A stretch of 60,317 nucleotides of DNA, the filler included, from Hausera hauseri (taxonomy: Eukaryota), in assembly GCA_046269625.1 (NCBI GenBank). It is 10 parts of 10 records of this genome, joined end to end, with 100 filler letters (N's around TTAATTAATTAA, not from the genome) between each part and the next. Parts side by side here need not be neighbours in the genome. Positions count along the whole stretch, not along the records: positions 1 to 9,805 come from JBJURY010286613.1; positions 9,906 to 15,458 come from JBJURY010231850.1; 8 more parts are not named here. One strand, written 5' to 3'. Both the position numbers and the translations under genes were made by a program. The notes beneath the pieces were generated by a model, which saw nothing but the letters and a program-made list of their open reading frames with translations, was not told where the DNA came from and did not search any database. The first letter of the stretch is position 1. Every line of letters begins with the position of its first letter. This document shows positions 1 to 10,229 of the stretch, piece by piece.

Positions 1-22
1 GATTTATATCAGCCGAAGAATT

Positions 23-1358
23 ATGTCAGCTGCTAATATTATTGCACCAAACTTTCGGAAATGGACGTTGTTTCCAAACCAGGCAAATGTTTGTAATGCA
101 ACAAAACTACGGGAACTAAGAGAATCCATAAAGGAAGCAAACTTAGCCCGGCCGTTAGAAACTCCGGAGTATGATTTTGGACTACCCAAAAACGAAAACG
201 AATGGGACGCATATCTAAACGCAATAGTCGCCGAAAACCCGAAAACTCCCGTGCGCTTGTACGAAACGTATATTCAGTGTGGAGATGCTTCTGGATTCGG
301 CACAAACTAAAAAGGATCTAATTAAGTCGATCAGTGTAAACCTTACTGAAAATCAACTAAGGCGGTTAGTTCCCACATTAACTAAATTAGCCAGCGAATG
401 TACTGCACCAAAACTTTTAATTAAAGAATATGCTAAATTCTTAAAGACAAGGCCCGAAGAGACGATTAAAATAAGAATAACGTCTGACTAAATGGACGAA
501 AAGGAGCATGAATTTACTACGCGCTCTCTTATGAGCGATGTATTATTATGGATAAAGAGCAATGGATGCACCTATGAGCTGAACTATAGACTTTATCTTA
601 GAGGAAGAATATTAGACGAACTGGAACTACTAATAGAAGTTGGAATTATTCCAGGTGAAGTAAACCGGATAGTAGTAACAATTCCCACCGACGAAACAAA
701 AGAAGAGGCCACAAGGAAGTCAAAGACTGAACAATGGGTAGGACGAATTGTAGGAGCTCAAGACACAATAATGTACTTCGAATACTTGCAGACAGACGAG
801 GACAAAAAACAATATGATAAGAATTTAGTGCTACCCAGTAATATCGCTCCGACTGTAACCAAACAGAAGCGCCCTGTCGGCAGGCCACGGAAGATACGAG
901 AAGAAATTGACTATAACGAAAACATAATCAGAAAATTGAGACAAATGTCCATACCGACCTTCAGTGCAGATGACGAAAAACTGAATGAACTCATAAAAAT
1001 TGATACGTATAGTAAACCACTCTAGTCTCGACGGCGATATACTAGACGAGAAAGAGAAGGCTATATTTATTGCAGCCAAAACCATGAAAATTTTTGATGT
1101 AAATTATCCAGAAGCTCCTCAAGCAATGAAACGATAATCGAGAAAATTATGGTAGAGAACACTGTGGAGAAGTTAAGAAAAGTATTGCGGTATTTGGCCG
1201 CTAAATCCAATCCAGTCCGAGATAATGAATTCAATAAGGCCATTAGCTTGGCAAGGAAGGCTGCCAGGAATCTGCCCCGAGAAGTAAACTGGTCCAAATT
1301 ATTTGAAAGAGAAGAGAAACGGCAAAACAAGTCCTTCCTAGGCAATAATAGAATTTAA
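23..1358 (+). pseudogene. N-terminal region of the element polyprotein containing a ubiquitin-like domain (465-683) and an AT-hook (867-893)
   Basis: ORF pieces 279-491, 492-1025 and 1149-1358 share a frame; IKIRI...RLYLRGRILDELELLIEVGIIPGEVNRIVV parallels ubiquitin [38 protein letters not shown] fits the GRP AT-hook core. Confidence 0.55.
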
Positions 1359-1361
1359 GAC

Positions 1362-3757
1362 TTGTTACGAAACGTAACCGGAAATAATAGAGGGAACGAG
1401 TCAAACTGGTTAATTAACTTCTTAACTATGATGATGCTAATAAGGCAAATGGGTGCAGTTACCGTGTACGACTGCGACAAATTTAAACTTGGCCAAAAAT
1501 ACTCATTAATGGATTTGGAAATGTGTGAAGATGCGAGGCCACATAAACTAAAAACAAAAGAAAAAAGTTACGCGCTGTACCAACAACGGGAACTAGTTAC
1601 ATTAGACGGAATAGAATGTATGTTGCGACGATCTCGCAGTATCTTCCAATGTGGACAGGTACACGGGCATTCATCGATAATCAAGCCAACAACCTCACCA
1701 ATTCCGATGAACTTAGAACGCCAGCATTGTAAGCAAGCTAGAGAAACTAAAAGATTAAAATGGGATGGCATGGAATTAAAAATGCATCAAGGAAAGATAA
1801 TCAGAGTATATAAAGTGGCAGCTGGAAGACTATATATGCACACTGGACATTATAGTGGCGCAGAATACAATACTGGGAAATGATTGGAGTCGAACATCGT
1901 AGTGGTAGATTTTTACAAAACCGAGATGCGCCTACAAAAGGTAATGTTTCATAGCGCTACTAAACTTTACACAGAAAAGCAGAAGTGCCACGTTCAGGAT
2001 GGTACTTGTTCCTTTAGAAGTTCCGTGGTAATTTGGGAACCTCAGCCAAGACCGACTGCAATTTTATCAGAAATAAAGAACTTAAGTTTAATGAGACGAC
2101 AGGGAAACGATACATCAGTAGCACAGAAACTAAATCTAAAACGCAAGAAGTTATAGACGAACAGTTCACACCTACTACACTGATTTCTATTACTCATGGA
2201 TTTGGATTTGTGAAAAAAAATGTACTCACAAGGTGCGATGTCATAATGTACGCCACCAATTATAAAGCATTCTTTGTAGCTGAGACGACGATAAACGCCA
2301 GGACATTTAAGCTCGAGACTCAAAATATTCGAATTGAGGGTTATTTGAGAAACAGAGACGATTATTTCTACTATAAAGGACAAGCTGGAATAGCCGAGTT
2401 ATATCACAAAATAATAATAAATGACTGCAAATTAAACTTGGAAGTCATGCTGACTAAATTGGTTTTAATATATGCTAATCCTAAATTAGCATCACCAATA
2501 ATTCCAATGAAAGAAGGCGTTTTCGGACGAGTAACCAAAGAAGTCCTACTGACTTATGAATGTGAAAAGAATGAGGTACCTATTAATGTGGAAGAGAAGA
2601 AGTGTATGTAGAAACTTCCAGTAATATACCAAAACGTACCAAGGTTAGTAACACCAATTACTAGAGTATTGTTGGCAAACTCTACTCAGCCGACAATTCT
2701 GAGAGACTGCAAGATCAGTCAAGGCGAACCCATGTTCAGACACAGCGAAACCGATTGGGTAAGTTAACCAAACGGCGGCATAATTACGCCACCGACCAAG
2801 TTAACCGGAACAAATTTAATAAAGGGAATAACCGACGATAAGTTTCAAGATACCGCCACAAAAGGCATTTACCGACCAAAGGAAGTAGAGGCGCACCTAC
2901 AATTCCTTGCTTTCCCCCGTCAGCGCACACATGAATTAAACAAAGCGATGCATAGAATACTCGAGGATTCGCGTTATCAAGAAAAGTGGAAATCATTGCT
3001 CGGTGTCAACTATTACCGGAAGGTGACCACGGAAATATTGTATAAGATTTGGAGAAGATTCCTGATATTTGGACAAGCCGCGTCGGGATTTCTAGCAATT
3101 TTTTTCCTGATTCAACTGATCAAAGCAATAATTCAAGCGGTTATAAACGGATACAAGATATTCACCTTGACAGGATTCTCGTGTAAGATTCTAACAGCTA
3201 TTATAACACCTCTTGGTAAATTTTTAAAGGCTTATAAAGATAGTAGATGGAAAACGGATGTGAAGCGACATGTTGGCTATTATAATCGAAAACGTAAAAG
3301 ACGCATATTCGATTATAGGCAAAACTTCATAGACGGTAAGACACGAAGAAATAACTCTGACGATGACGAGCCTAAAGGAGGAGATGTTAGCCGCAAGTTG
3401 AATAGGCACAAAAACTACTCTGTTATGAAACTACCATTACCAATACTGCCGCCAACGGGACGTATATATAAAGACTGTGAGAAACAATCTATGAGTTCGT
3501 ATCAGACAGGGATCTACCGGAAGCCGTTTAGTCTAGAGGATCCTTACGAAGGAACCAAACACTACTGGATATTGCGTAAGATCCACGGAACGGAAAGAAC
3601 GTTTGCCCCACATCGTCGCTCAGCAGTCGACAATCACGGTATAATTTATTCACCTAGAATACCTAGACCAAACGAAAAGCAGTCAACATTTATCGGAAGC
3701 CGCGAAACACACCATCTCAGAAACCAAGAAATTCAACCGCCAGTTGGAAAACAGTAA
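1362..3757 (+). pseudogene. env: Chuvirus-like / herpes gB-like (class III fusion) envelope glycoprotein, disrupted
   Basis: Hydrophobic signal (WLINFLTMMMLIRQMGA) then VYDC...SL..LEMC; CGQVHGHSS; LYHKIIINDC; GVFGRV..EV...YEC; LPVIY...TPITRVL; KGIY; TM region FGQAASGFLAIFFLIQLIKAIIQAVINGY. This is the cysteine/motif pattern I recognise from chuviral G and retroelement-captured gB-type env. Confidence 0.85.
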
Positions 3758-5865
3758 ATAGAAAACGCGAAGTATACGAATAACGAACTATACCCAATTG
3801 GAGAATTAAGACAATTATTTGACCAACCAGTCGGAACCACCGAAGTTACCATTAACAACTACAAGGTGTCTACGATACGACGTCCCCAAATAGCACCAAG
3901 TTGTTACGGTACAGTAATCGATGGTAGACCCTTCGCAAAAATCCAACTAGAAGATTGGGAAGTTTACGCACTGATAGATACAGGATCCGAGATATCACTA
4001 ATAAAGTATGATTCAATACCTCAATTCCTACGGAAACAATTATATCCACCTCCCACAACAGACCCGAGAAGTGTTAGAGCTTTCGGACAATCGTCGAAAA
4101 GTAAATTCCTTTGGAAACCGGAAATTCGCATAATGGGATAATCCTTCCATTACGAATTTTTAGTAATTGAGCAATTAACTGATGATGTAGTATTAGGATG
4201 TGATCTATTGAAACAACTACCCAACATAGCGATATATTTTAATGCAGGGAAATTGATAGAACTTGGCCAAATAAAAGGAGTTAAAACTACTAAAGACAGA
4301 AAATTCGGAGAGATGTGGATTCCTGTGGATGAAAACATACCGCCCAGAACAGAAATATTAATATATGCTCAGATACGTCAAGATGACGACCAGCTAATAT
4401 ATTTTGAGCCGAAGGAATCACTTAATCCAAACATCGTGCTCAGTAATATTTTAACAAGAGTATCAACAGGGCGCGTACCAATCAGGATAGCGAATAATAA
4501 ACCCACTCCGATCAAACTGTATGCCAATACCACTTTGGGACACACGTATAGAGTATTATCAGTCACCATCGAAGAGAAACCTTATAAATGTACCAAATTT
4601 CCACCCCACGTTGAGACTAAATTTTCACCGAAATAATATTGCCGATTTTACGAATTACTTTGTAATTATAGCTCAGTCATTGCTAAGGATGATGAAGATA
4701 TTGGCCGAGCGAAAGCCTTAAGACTCACGATTCCACTTAAAAAAGCCTGGGTCCAACGATGAAATAGATTTAGAGGATCAAAAGATGCCGAAATAGTACC
4801 CCCTCCACAGTCATTAAGGCCGGAGATAACTAAGGAGGTTGAGCGAATGTTGAAAACCGACATAATCAGACCAAGTTATAGATCTTGCTATTCACCTACC
4901 CTTATGGTTAAGAAGAAAGGTACCGCTAAGCACCGATTTTTATCGACTATTGAGCGTTAAACACACTTATGATGAAAGACTCCTTCCCATTGCCATCGGT
5001 AAAGGAAGCTTTGGATAGACTTTCCGGCGATAAATAGTTCACCATACTCGATTTACAATCCGGATACTGACAAGTAGAAATAGAGGAAGAAGACCGTTAT
5101 AAAACGGTATTTAAGACACACGACGGTATATACGAATTTAATGTTATGCCATCTGGAATAACTACCGGACCGGCCATCTTCACCCGCATAATGAACAAGA
5201 TACTAATGTGACTGGAGCATGCGTTCGCCTACTTGGACGACGTCATGATTGCGTCGAAAACGGAAGAGGGTCATTTAAAGGATATTGAGGGTACATTCAT
5301 GAAGCTGGAGCAGGCTGGATTGAAAGTGAATTTCAAGAAGTGCAAATGGGCTCAGAATTCTCTGTCGTGCTTTAGACATATAGTTGGAGAAGGAGGGTCG
5401 AAGCCAGATAAATAATTATTAAATAAGAGATGGGACTGCATGGAACCCCAAAATCAAAAGGAGTTAAGACACTGGTTAGGGTTATGTGGGTATTATGCTA
5501 CCTATGTGACAAACAAATCAAAAATAAACGCACCTTTGTACCGCTTGCTTAAAAAGGGGATCAAGTGGAAATGGACTGACGTCGAGCAGAAAGCTTTCGA
5601 CGAAATGAAGAAGATTCTAACTAGTGAACCCGTTTTAAGATATCCCGACTTCAACCTACCATTCATAATCAAATCACACGCCAGTAAGGAAGGCATCGGA
5701 TATGAATTAGCTCAGAAAGGAGAAGACGAAGAGCTAGAGCACCCGATCGCATATGGAGGACGCTCTCTAAAAAAAGGCGAAAAGAACTATTCTGTAACGG
5801 AGTTGGAAATGTTAGCGGTAAAGGAAGCCCTGCGACATTTTAACGTGTACGTCTATGTACGTCTA
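3758..5865 (+). pseudogene. pol: Gypsy-type pol: aspartic protease, RT and N-terminal part of RNase H; truncated, no integrase
   Basis: ALIDTGSEISLI, VLGCDLL; RT FTILDLQSGY, YEFNVMP, AYLDDVMIAS; RNase H ASKEGIGYELAQ, EKNYSVTELEMLAV; sequence switches to unrelated DNA after RHFNVYVY. Confidence 0.92.
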
Positions 5866-5876
5866 ATTGAGCCAAG

Positions 5877-6580
5877 ATGGATGAGTTAATACAAAACATT
5901 ATTATAACATTATTGGAATTTCTAAGGACTTAAAGAACCAATATGTTCGAATTGAGACCAAAGTAGAACTGCCGAGAGGCAGACAAATTTCTGTCCGATT
6001 TATACCACTGAACGCCTTGGTTCCTATTCCGGAGTATTGTTATCTGGCCCGACGACGACCTACTGTGTGCTGTGAACTTCAATTAAGACAAGAGTATCAG
6101 TTACAACTGGATTTGTACAATACGTACTCCGGAGAACGAAGCACTTATTTAAGGGGATACCGTCCAAAAATCGGAATATGGAAGCGTCCATTTCCAACAA
6201 CTACGAGGGAACCATCTACTGTTCCGAGAACCACTCTCACTACTGCGATCGTGACTTCAGACGAACTGCTCAAGAAGGCAAAAAATAACAAAATCCTATT
6301 CTACGCTGAGGAAACGTTAATTTACGACGTCAAAATTGAATATCGCACCATGCACATCAATCAAATCGTAGTCTTAAGAAGGAATAGTCTGGAAACTGAA
6401 TGCAAATCATTACGACCACAACATAACTTTGTAGTCAGAATCACTGCAAAGGGTAAAAACCCTAAACCTTTTACAGTGCGGACTCTTGACAACAAAGTTG
6501 AAGTAATGCAGTATAAAGATTTTAGTACCCAAAATGCGTTCACCACAAAAGTTCTATTGAGAAAAACAATTTACCGATAA
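5877..6580 (+). pseudogene. Unknown element-borne ORF (frameshifted)
   Basis: 187-aa ORF 6017-6580 with short upstream extension, same strand and composition as the element; no motif confidently recognised. Confidence 0.4.
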
Positions 6581-6681
6581 TAGCTATATTTAGTTTGTCA
6601 ATTTTCGTTCTTGTCACGTTAACGGCGATGATTTTCCTAGTTTCCAAAAATTGTAGTAAACACAGTAAAAATCGAAAGGGA

Positions 6682-6840
6682 TATAAAAAGGTAAAAGGGT
6701 GCCGAGACGAACTTTATGATAGCATAACTTGACAATTAGAGATCAGGTTATCCTATCATCAGACAGAGAAAATGTTTTGTTTCAAAAAGATGATCTGTCT
6801 TATGATTGACCTTTGTTTTTATTTTAGCAGAGTAAGTATG
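6682..6840 (+). promoter_or_regulatory. Putative internal promoter (TATAAAA 6682-6688) and 5'-UTR intron (GT 6747 ... TTTTAG 6827/6830) before ATG 6838
   Basis: TATA box, CAG|GT donor, branch-like TTGAC, pyrimidine tract and AG just before the accessory ORF start. Confidence 0.4.
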
Positions 6841-9272
6841 GCCGAAAAGGCAAAGAATTCAGCAACAAGCTCCGAATATGATATTGGCAACTTCCTGCAA
6901 CAACGTGTAACAGTCCTCAAGCCACTATATAAAAGCTTATATCGCCAAATTGGATAAAATCTGAAAAACAAAACTTACGTCGAAATCGATCAGGAAAGCA
7001 AAATACCAAATGGGTTGAAATGGGGATTAGAGGAAAATCAACTGATTCGGCTACACGCAATGCGAAACCCCAGAAACGTGCGAGCATACTTGTTGAGGGA
7101 TATGATTCCGTATGAGCCGACGCATCAGCAATTGTACATATATGTCGCTGATAGAGAAATTTAATACAGGGCCGTAAGACAATCCTGGATCACACAAAAG
7201 GGACAGCAATGGAAATTTAGCACTTATGAATTAAGTTGCTATAGTCTTATGAACTATGCTTTAAAATTCAGAATCGCAGGACTTCCAACCAAACGCATGT
7301 TAAAAATGACCTAGTGAACAGAAGTAATAAAACCGCTACCATCATTACTATGAATATAGAAGCCTTCAGAAGATGAGATAGAACAGAATAAAGAATCTTA
7401 CAGACTAGTTCCAGACGGCCAAAATTCCCGAATTTTAGCCGTGAACTATGGAGAAAAGGATGATGGATGGTATACACAGATTGAAACCTATATTCGAGGT
7501 ACAAACGGGGAAGAACTTATAAACAAAATAATTGCACCCAGAACTAGGGTGAAGGACACCTTTACTGATGTCACCGGAATTACGAAAGCACAACTCGAAA
7601 CAGAGAAAGGTTTCTTAGAAATCCAGGAAGATATAAGCCACTGTTTATATGGATATATTGTAACCGGATTCCGAGTGCAAGAAATTTTAGGAAAACTAGG
7701 AATTAGACCAGAGTACCAGCCGGAATTTGTGAACTGAGTCGAAATCCAGCAGTTGTAAGTCAAGTAGAAAACACATTAATGAGAAAAAATGGGTGCCTCC
7801 TTCCGTCAGCATCAGGTGAATCACAATTCAAAATGATGTTGGAAGCCATGAATGGCGAACGATTAAAATTTCCTAAATTAATATCAGCGAGTCAGAGTAC
7901 GAAGCTTATAAAGGATATTTACGCCTCGCTTAGATGGGAACATTAGTGTAAACCTAGGAACCCCATACATAATTTAATATCCGATTACAACCCAAAGATC
8001 TTGATACAAAAATTTCGGAAAGGGTTTAGTGAATACTCAACTCATAGACAAGTCGAGCCCCAAGGACACAACCGATTCCAAATAACCGTTCATAATAGGT
8101 CAGCGAAAACGTTCAGCAACCGGCAAGAACCCTCGACCAGCCGAGCCCGAGAAGAAATCTTAAAAAGTTCAAGTAACCCCGAAACTTCAAGAGGACAAAA
8201 GACTAAAACTTCCTTCTTAGAATATATTAGCAAAAAAAGGAGAAAAAATAGTAAGAACCAAATGGAAGAAAACAAGTCACCTGCTAACAGCTCTACGCCA
8301 AACGAACAAATGAATGAGCATAACAAGAAACCCAAGAGGGAGAGAGCTGGAAATTCCGACGAAATCAAGGTGAGAACTGCTGATACAAAGCCCCGTAAAA
8401 CAGAAGTGAACGTTCTTCGGAAGAATTGGGAAGAAGATGAACCGATCATAGTCACAGAACGTGGCCAAGTAAAGGAGTATACAAGAATGCTCGTCATGAC
8501 CGAATATTACAGCAAAGGCAAGATCAAGGAAGTCATATTCTACGTATCCACTGTTCCTAGGAGAATCGTAAGTGGAAACGAATACGTTCGAGAAGACACA
8601 ACCATTGGCAAATACTTAGCCCCAATATTCCAGTCGAAAAACGGTACCAATAGATTAACCATTCCGGTAGATACCAAAGTCCGGATACAATTAAAAAGGC
8701 AATATAAGAAAACCGGAAAACCAGACTTAGACCAACAAAAAATCGTCGAATGGACGTTGGTCATCGTGTCACACGACTCCAAGAAAACCTCTATCGATCC
8801 GAAACAAAAACGACTATATGAATACCTATATCAAGATAAGAAGGGATTAGTATTTGAACAAATAGAAGTTGACGAAAATCTCGTGGACATAGATGGAGGT
8901 GAAAAAGAAGAATGCCATGTTTATGACGCCAATCTCTATCAAGGATTCGTGGTGTTGAATAATAAAGACTGTATCCGCAAGTACTGCCGGTACTGTTTAG
9001 AAATGTGGACCCTGAAAAATGGTAAGACGAGCTGCCCTGTATGTAGAGCTGCGGCTACAAGACTGAGGTACTACGCCAATGGAGAAAATAAAAAAATAGT
9101 GGAGATATTGCCCCCAAAACCCACTACATCCTATCACTTTGACTTACACTCACCGCAAGAAGAATCGGATTCGAAATCGGACCTACGTGGACGAATGAAC
9201 CGGTTACGCGGCACCTCTTCTGACGCAATGGGCACATCCGAGAGTGCCGTTCAGGGAGCAGAAATGTTGTGA
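6838..9272 (+). pseudogene. Accessory protein: REXO4/ISG20-like DEDDh exonuclease fold (catalytic residues substituted) plus C-terminal RING finger
   Basis: IIAPRTRVKDTFTDVTGITKAQLETEKGFLEIQEDISHCLYGYIVTGF matches the REX4-type YVKP..VTDYRT.VSGI...L......EVQ..V...L.G.ILVGH pattern; C-terminal CHVY...CIRKYCRYC...W...CPVCR (8913-9047) is a RING pattern. Confidence 0.7.
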
Positions 9273-9805
9273 AATGGTCGTAAACGCGAATTGTACATAT
9301 GCCAATACGAAATTGAAAAATGAAACCGAAAGTGAAACTGAAAATAAGTATTGAAAATGAAAAATTATTATTATCCAGAATTAAGCAGCAAATCTGTAAA
9401 TATGAAATTGTTTATTGGAAAGGAAAATTATTGATTATTCCTTAAATAACGGAAAAATTAAATGAACATTGTAGAAAATTAGTTGTAAATAATAATTGGA
9501 AAATTATTGCTTATGACTGCTAACTATATAAGGCAGTACAAAATCAGTTAACGCGAACATTGAACATTGTGAAGTTGAAGTTGAAGTTGAATTGTATTGA
9601 GGTATTTGGAAAGCTCCGATATCCAGTTATTCTTGAAAATTGAATTTGTTCGAGCTATTGAAGCGTTGTACGAGATTCGGATATTCCTCGAAGGATCCCA
9701 CAGTTGAATTATTGAAAATTTGAAGCAATTATTACTTATTAATCCGACGATTGTATCGTCTGGTATATTTTGTTTATTGTCAATAAATTTGTATTCTAAA
9801 ATTCT
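9265..9805 (+). repeat. Putative 3' LTR of the env-bearing element (truncated by contig end)
   Basis: Purine tract AGGGAGCAGAAA immediately followed by TGTTGTG at 9265; TATATAAGG at 9525; AATAAA at 9782; partner LTR not in window. Confidence 0.55.
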
Positions 9806-9905
9806 NNNNNNNNNNNNNNNNNNNNNNNNNNNNNNNNNNNNNNNNNNNNTTAATTAATTAANNNNNNNNNNNNNNNNNNNNNNNNNNNNNNNNNNNNNNN
9901 NNNNN
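9806..9905. other. Artificial contig linker (N-run + TTAATTAATTAA + N-run); also at ~15459, 23502, 28712, 33126, 40120, 44981, 51176, 55342
   Basis: Identical six-frame-stop linker between N runs, repeated nine times. Confidence 0.98.
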
Positions 9906-10150
9906 AAATTTTAATTCAAAAGTGTAATATTAAAAGTATAATTTAAATTTAGAATTTGAGAAAATTTGGGAAAATTTGTTTCCAAATAAGTATTTTGAGA
10001 GACAATAAAATTTTCAACAACTGGTGTTACTTTTCCATCAATAATTACAAACGGTCAAATTTAGCTTTAGCGAACATACCAGGGGCGGAGATTTTCCAAT
10101 TCTACCCAAGCTGGACGACGATGTGGACGGCGTGGACGCATCCGCGGCCA
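9906..10150 (+). mobile_element. Fragment of Gypsy 5' UTR and gag start, same family as the element at 40220-42160
   Basis: Aligns by eye with the reverse complement of ~41850-42070 (SNLALANIPG vs SNSALADIPG; DVDGVDASAA). Confidence 0.75.
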
Positions 10151-10229
10151 ATAAAAGTTATTCCACGAAAATGTGCTATGTAGGTAGAAAATCAATATTT
10201 CGAATTAATAAAAATGTGCATTTAAAACC

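Larger units (their letters stand above)
1..9805 (+). mobile_element. Decayed envelope-bearing Ty3/Gypsy-type LTR retroelement with glycoprotein upstream of pol and downstream accessory genes (5' end outside window)
   Basis: Co-oriented Ubl/AT-hook ORF, gB-like glycoprotein, aspartic protease (LIDTGS), RT (YLDD at 5230-5241), RNase H, DEDDh-like + RING ORF, then purine tract and TG-starting LTR-like region; many nonsense and frameshift lesions. Confidence 0.8.

Noticed and set aside
3758-5889. Interpretation as an integrase-less pararetrovirus (caulimovirus-like)
   Set aside because: RNase H itself is truncated at a 10-bp duplication scar and a PPT/LTR-like end is present, so deletion of integrase in this copy is more parsimonious. 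Not fully excluded.
9806-9905. Recurring palindromic TTAATTAATTAA every 4-8 kb as a biological repeat or CRISPR-like array
   Set aside because: Always centred in N-runs of constant total length; it is an artificial six-frame-stop contig linker.
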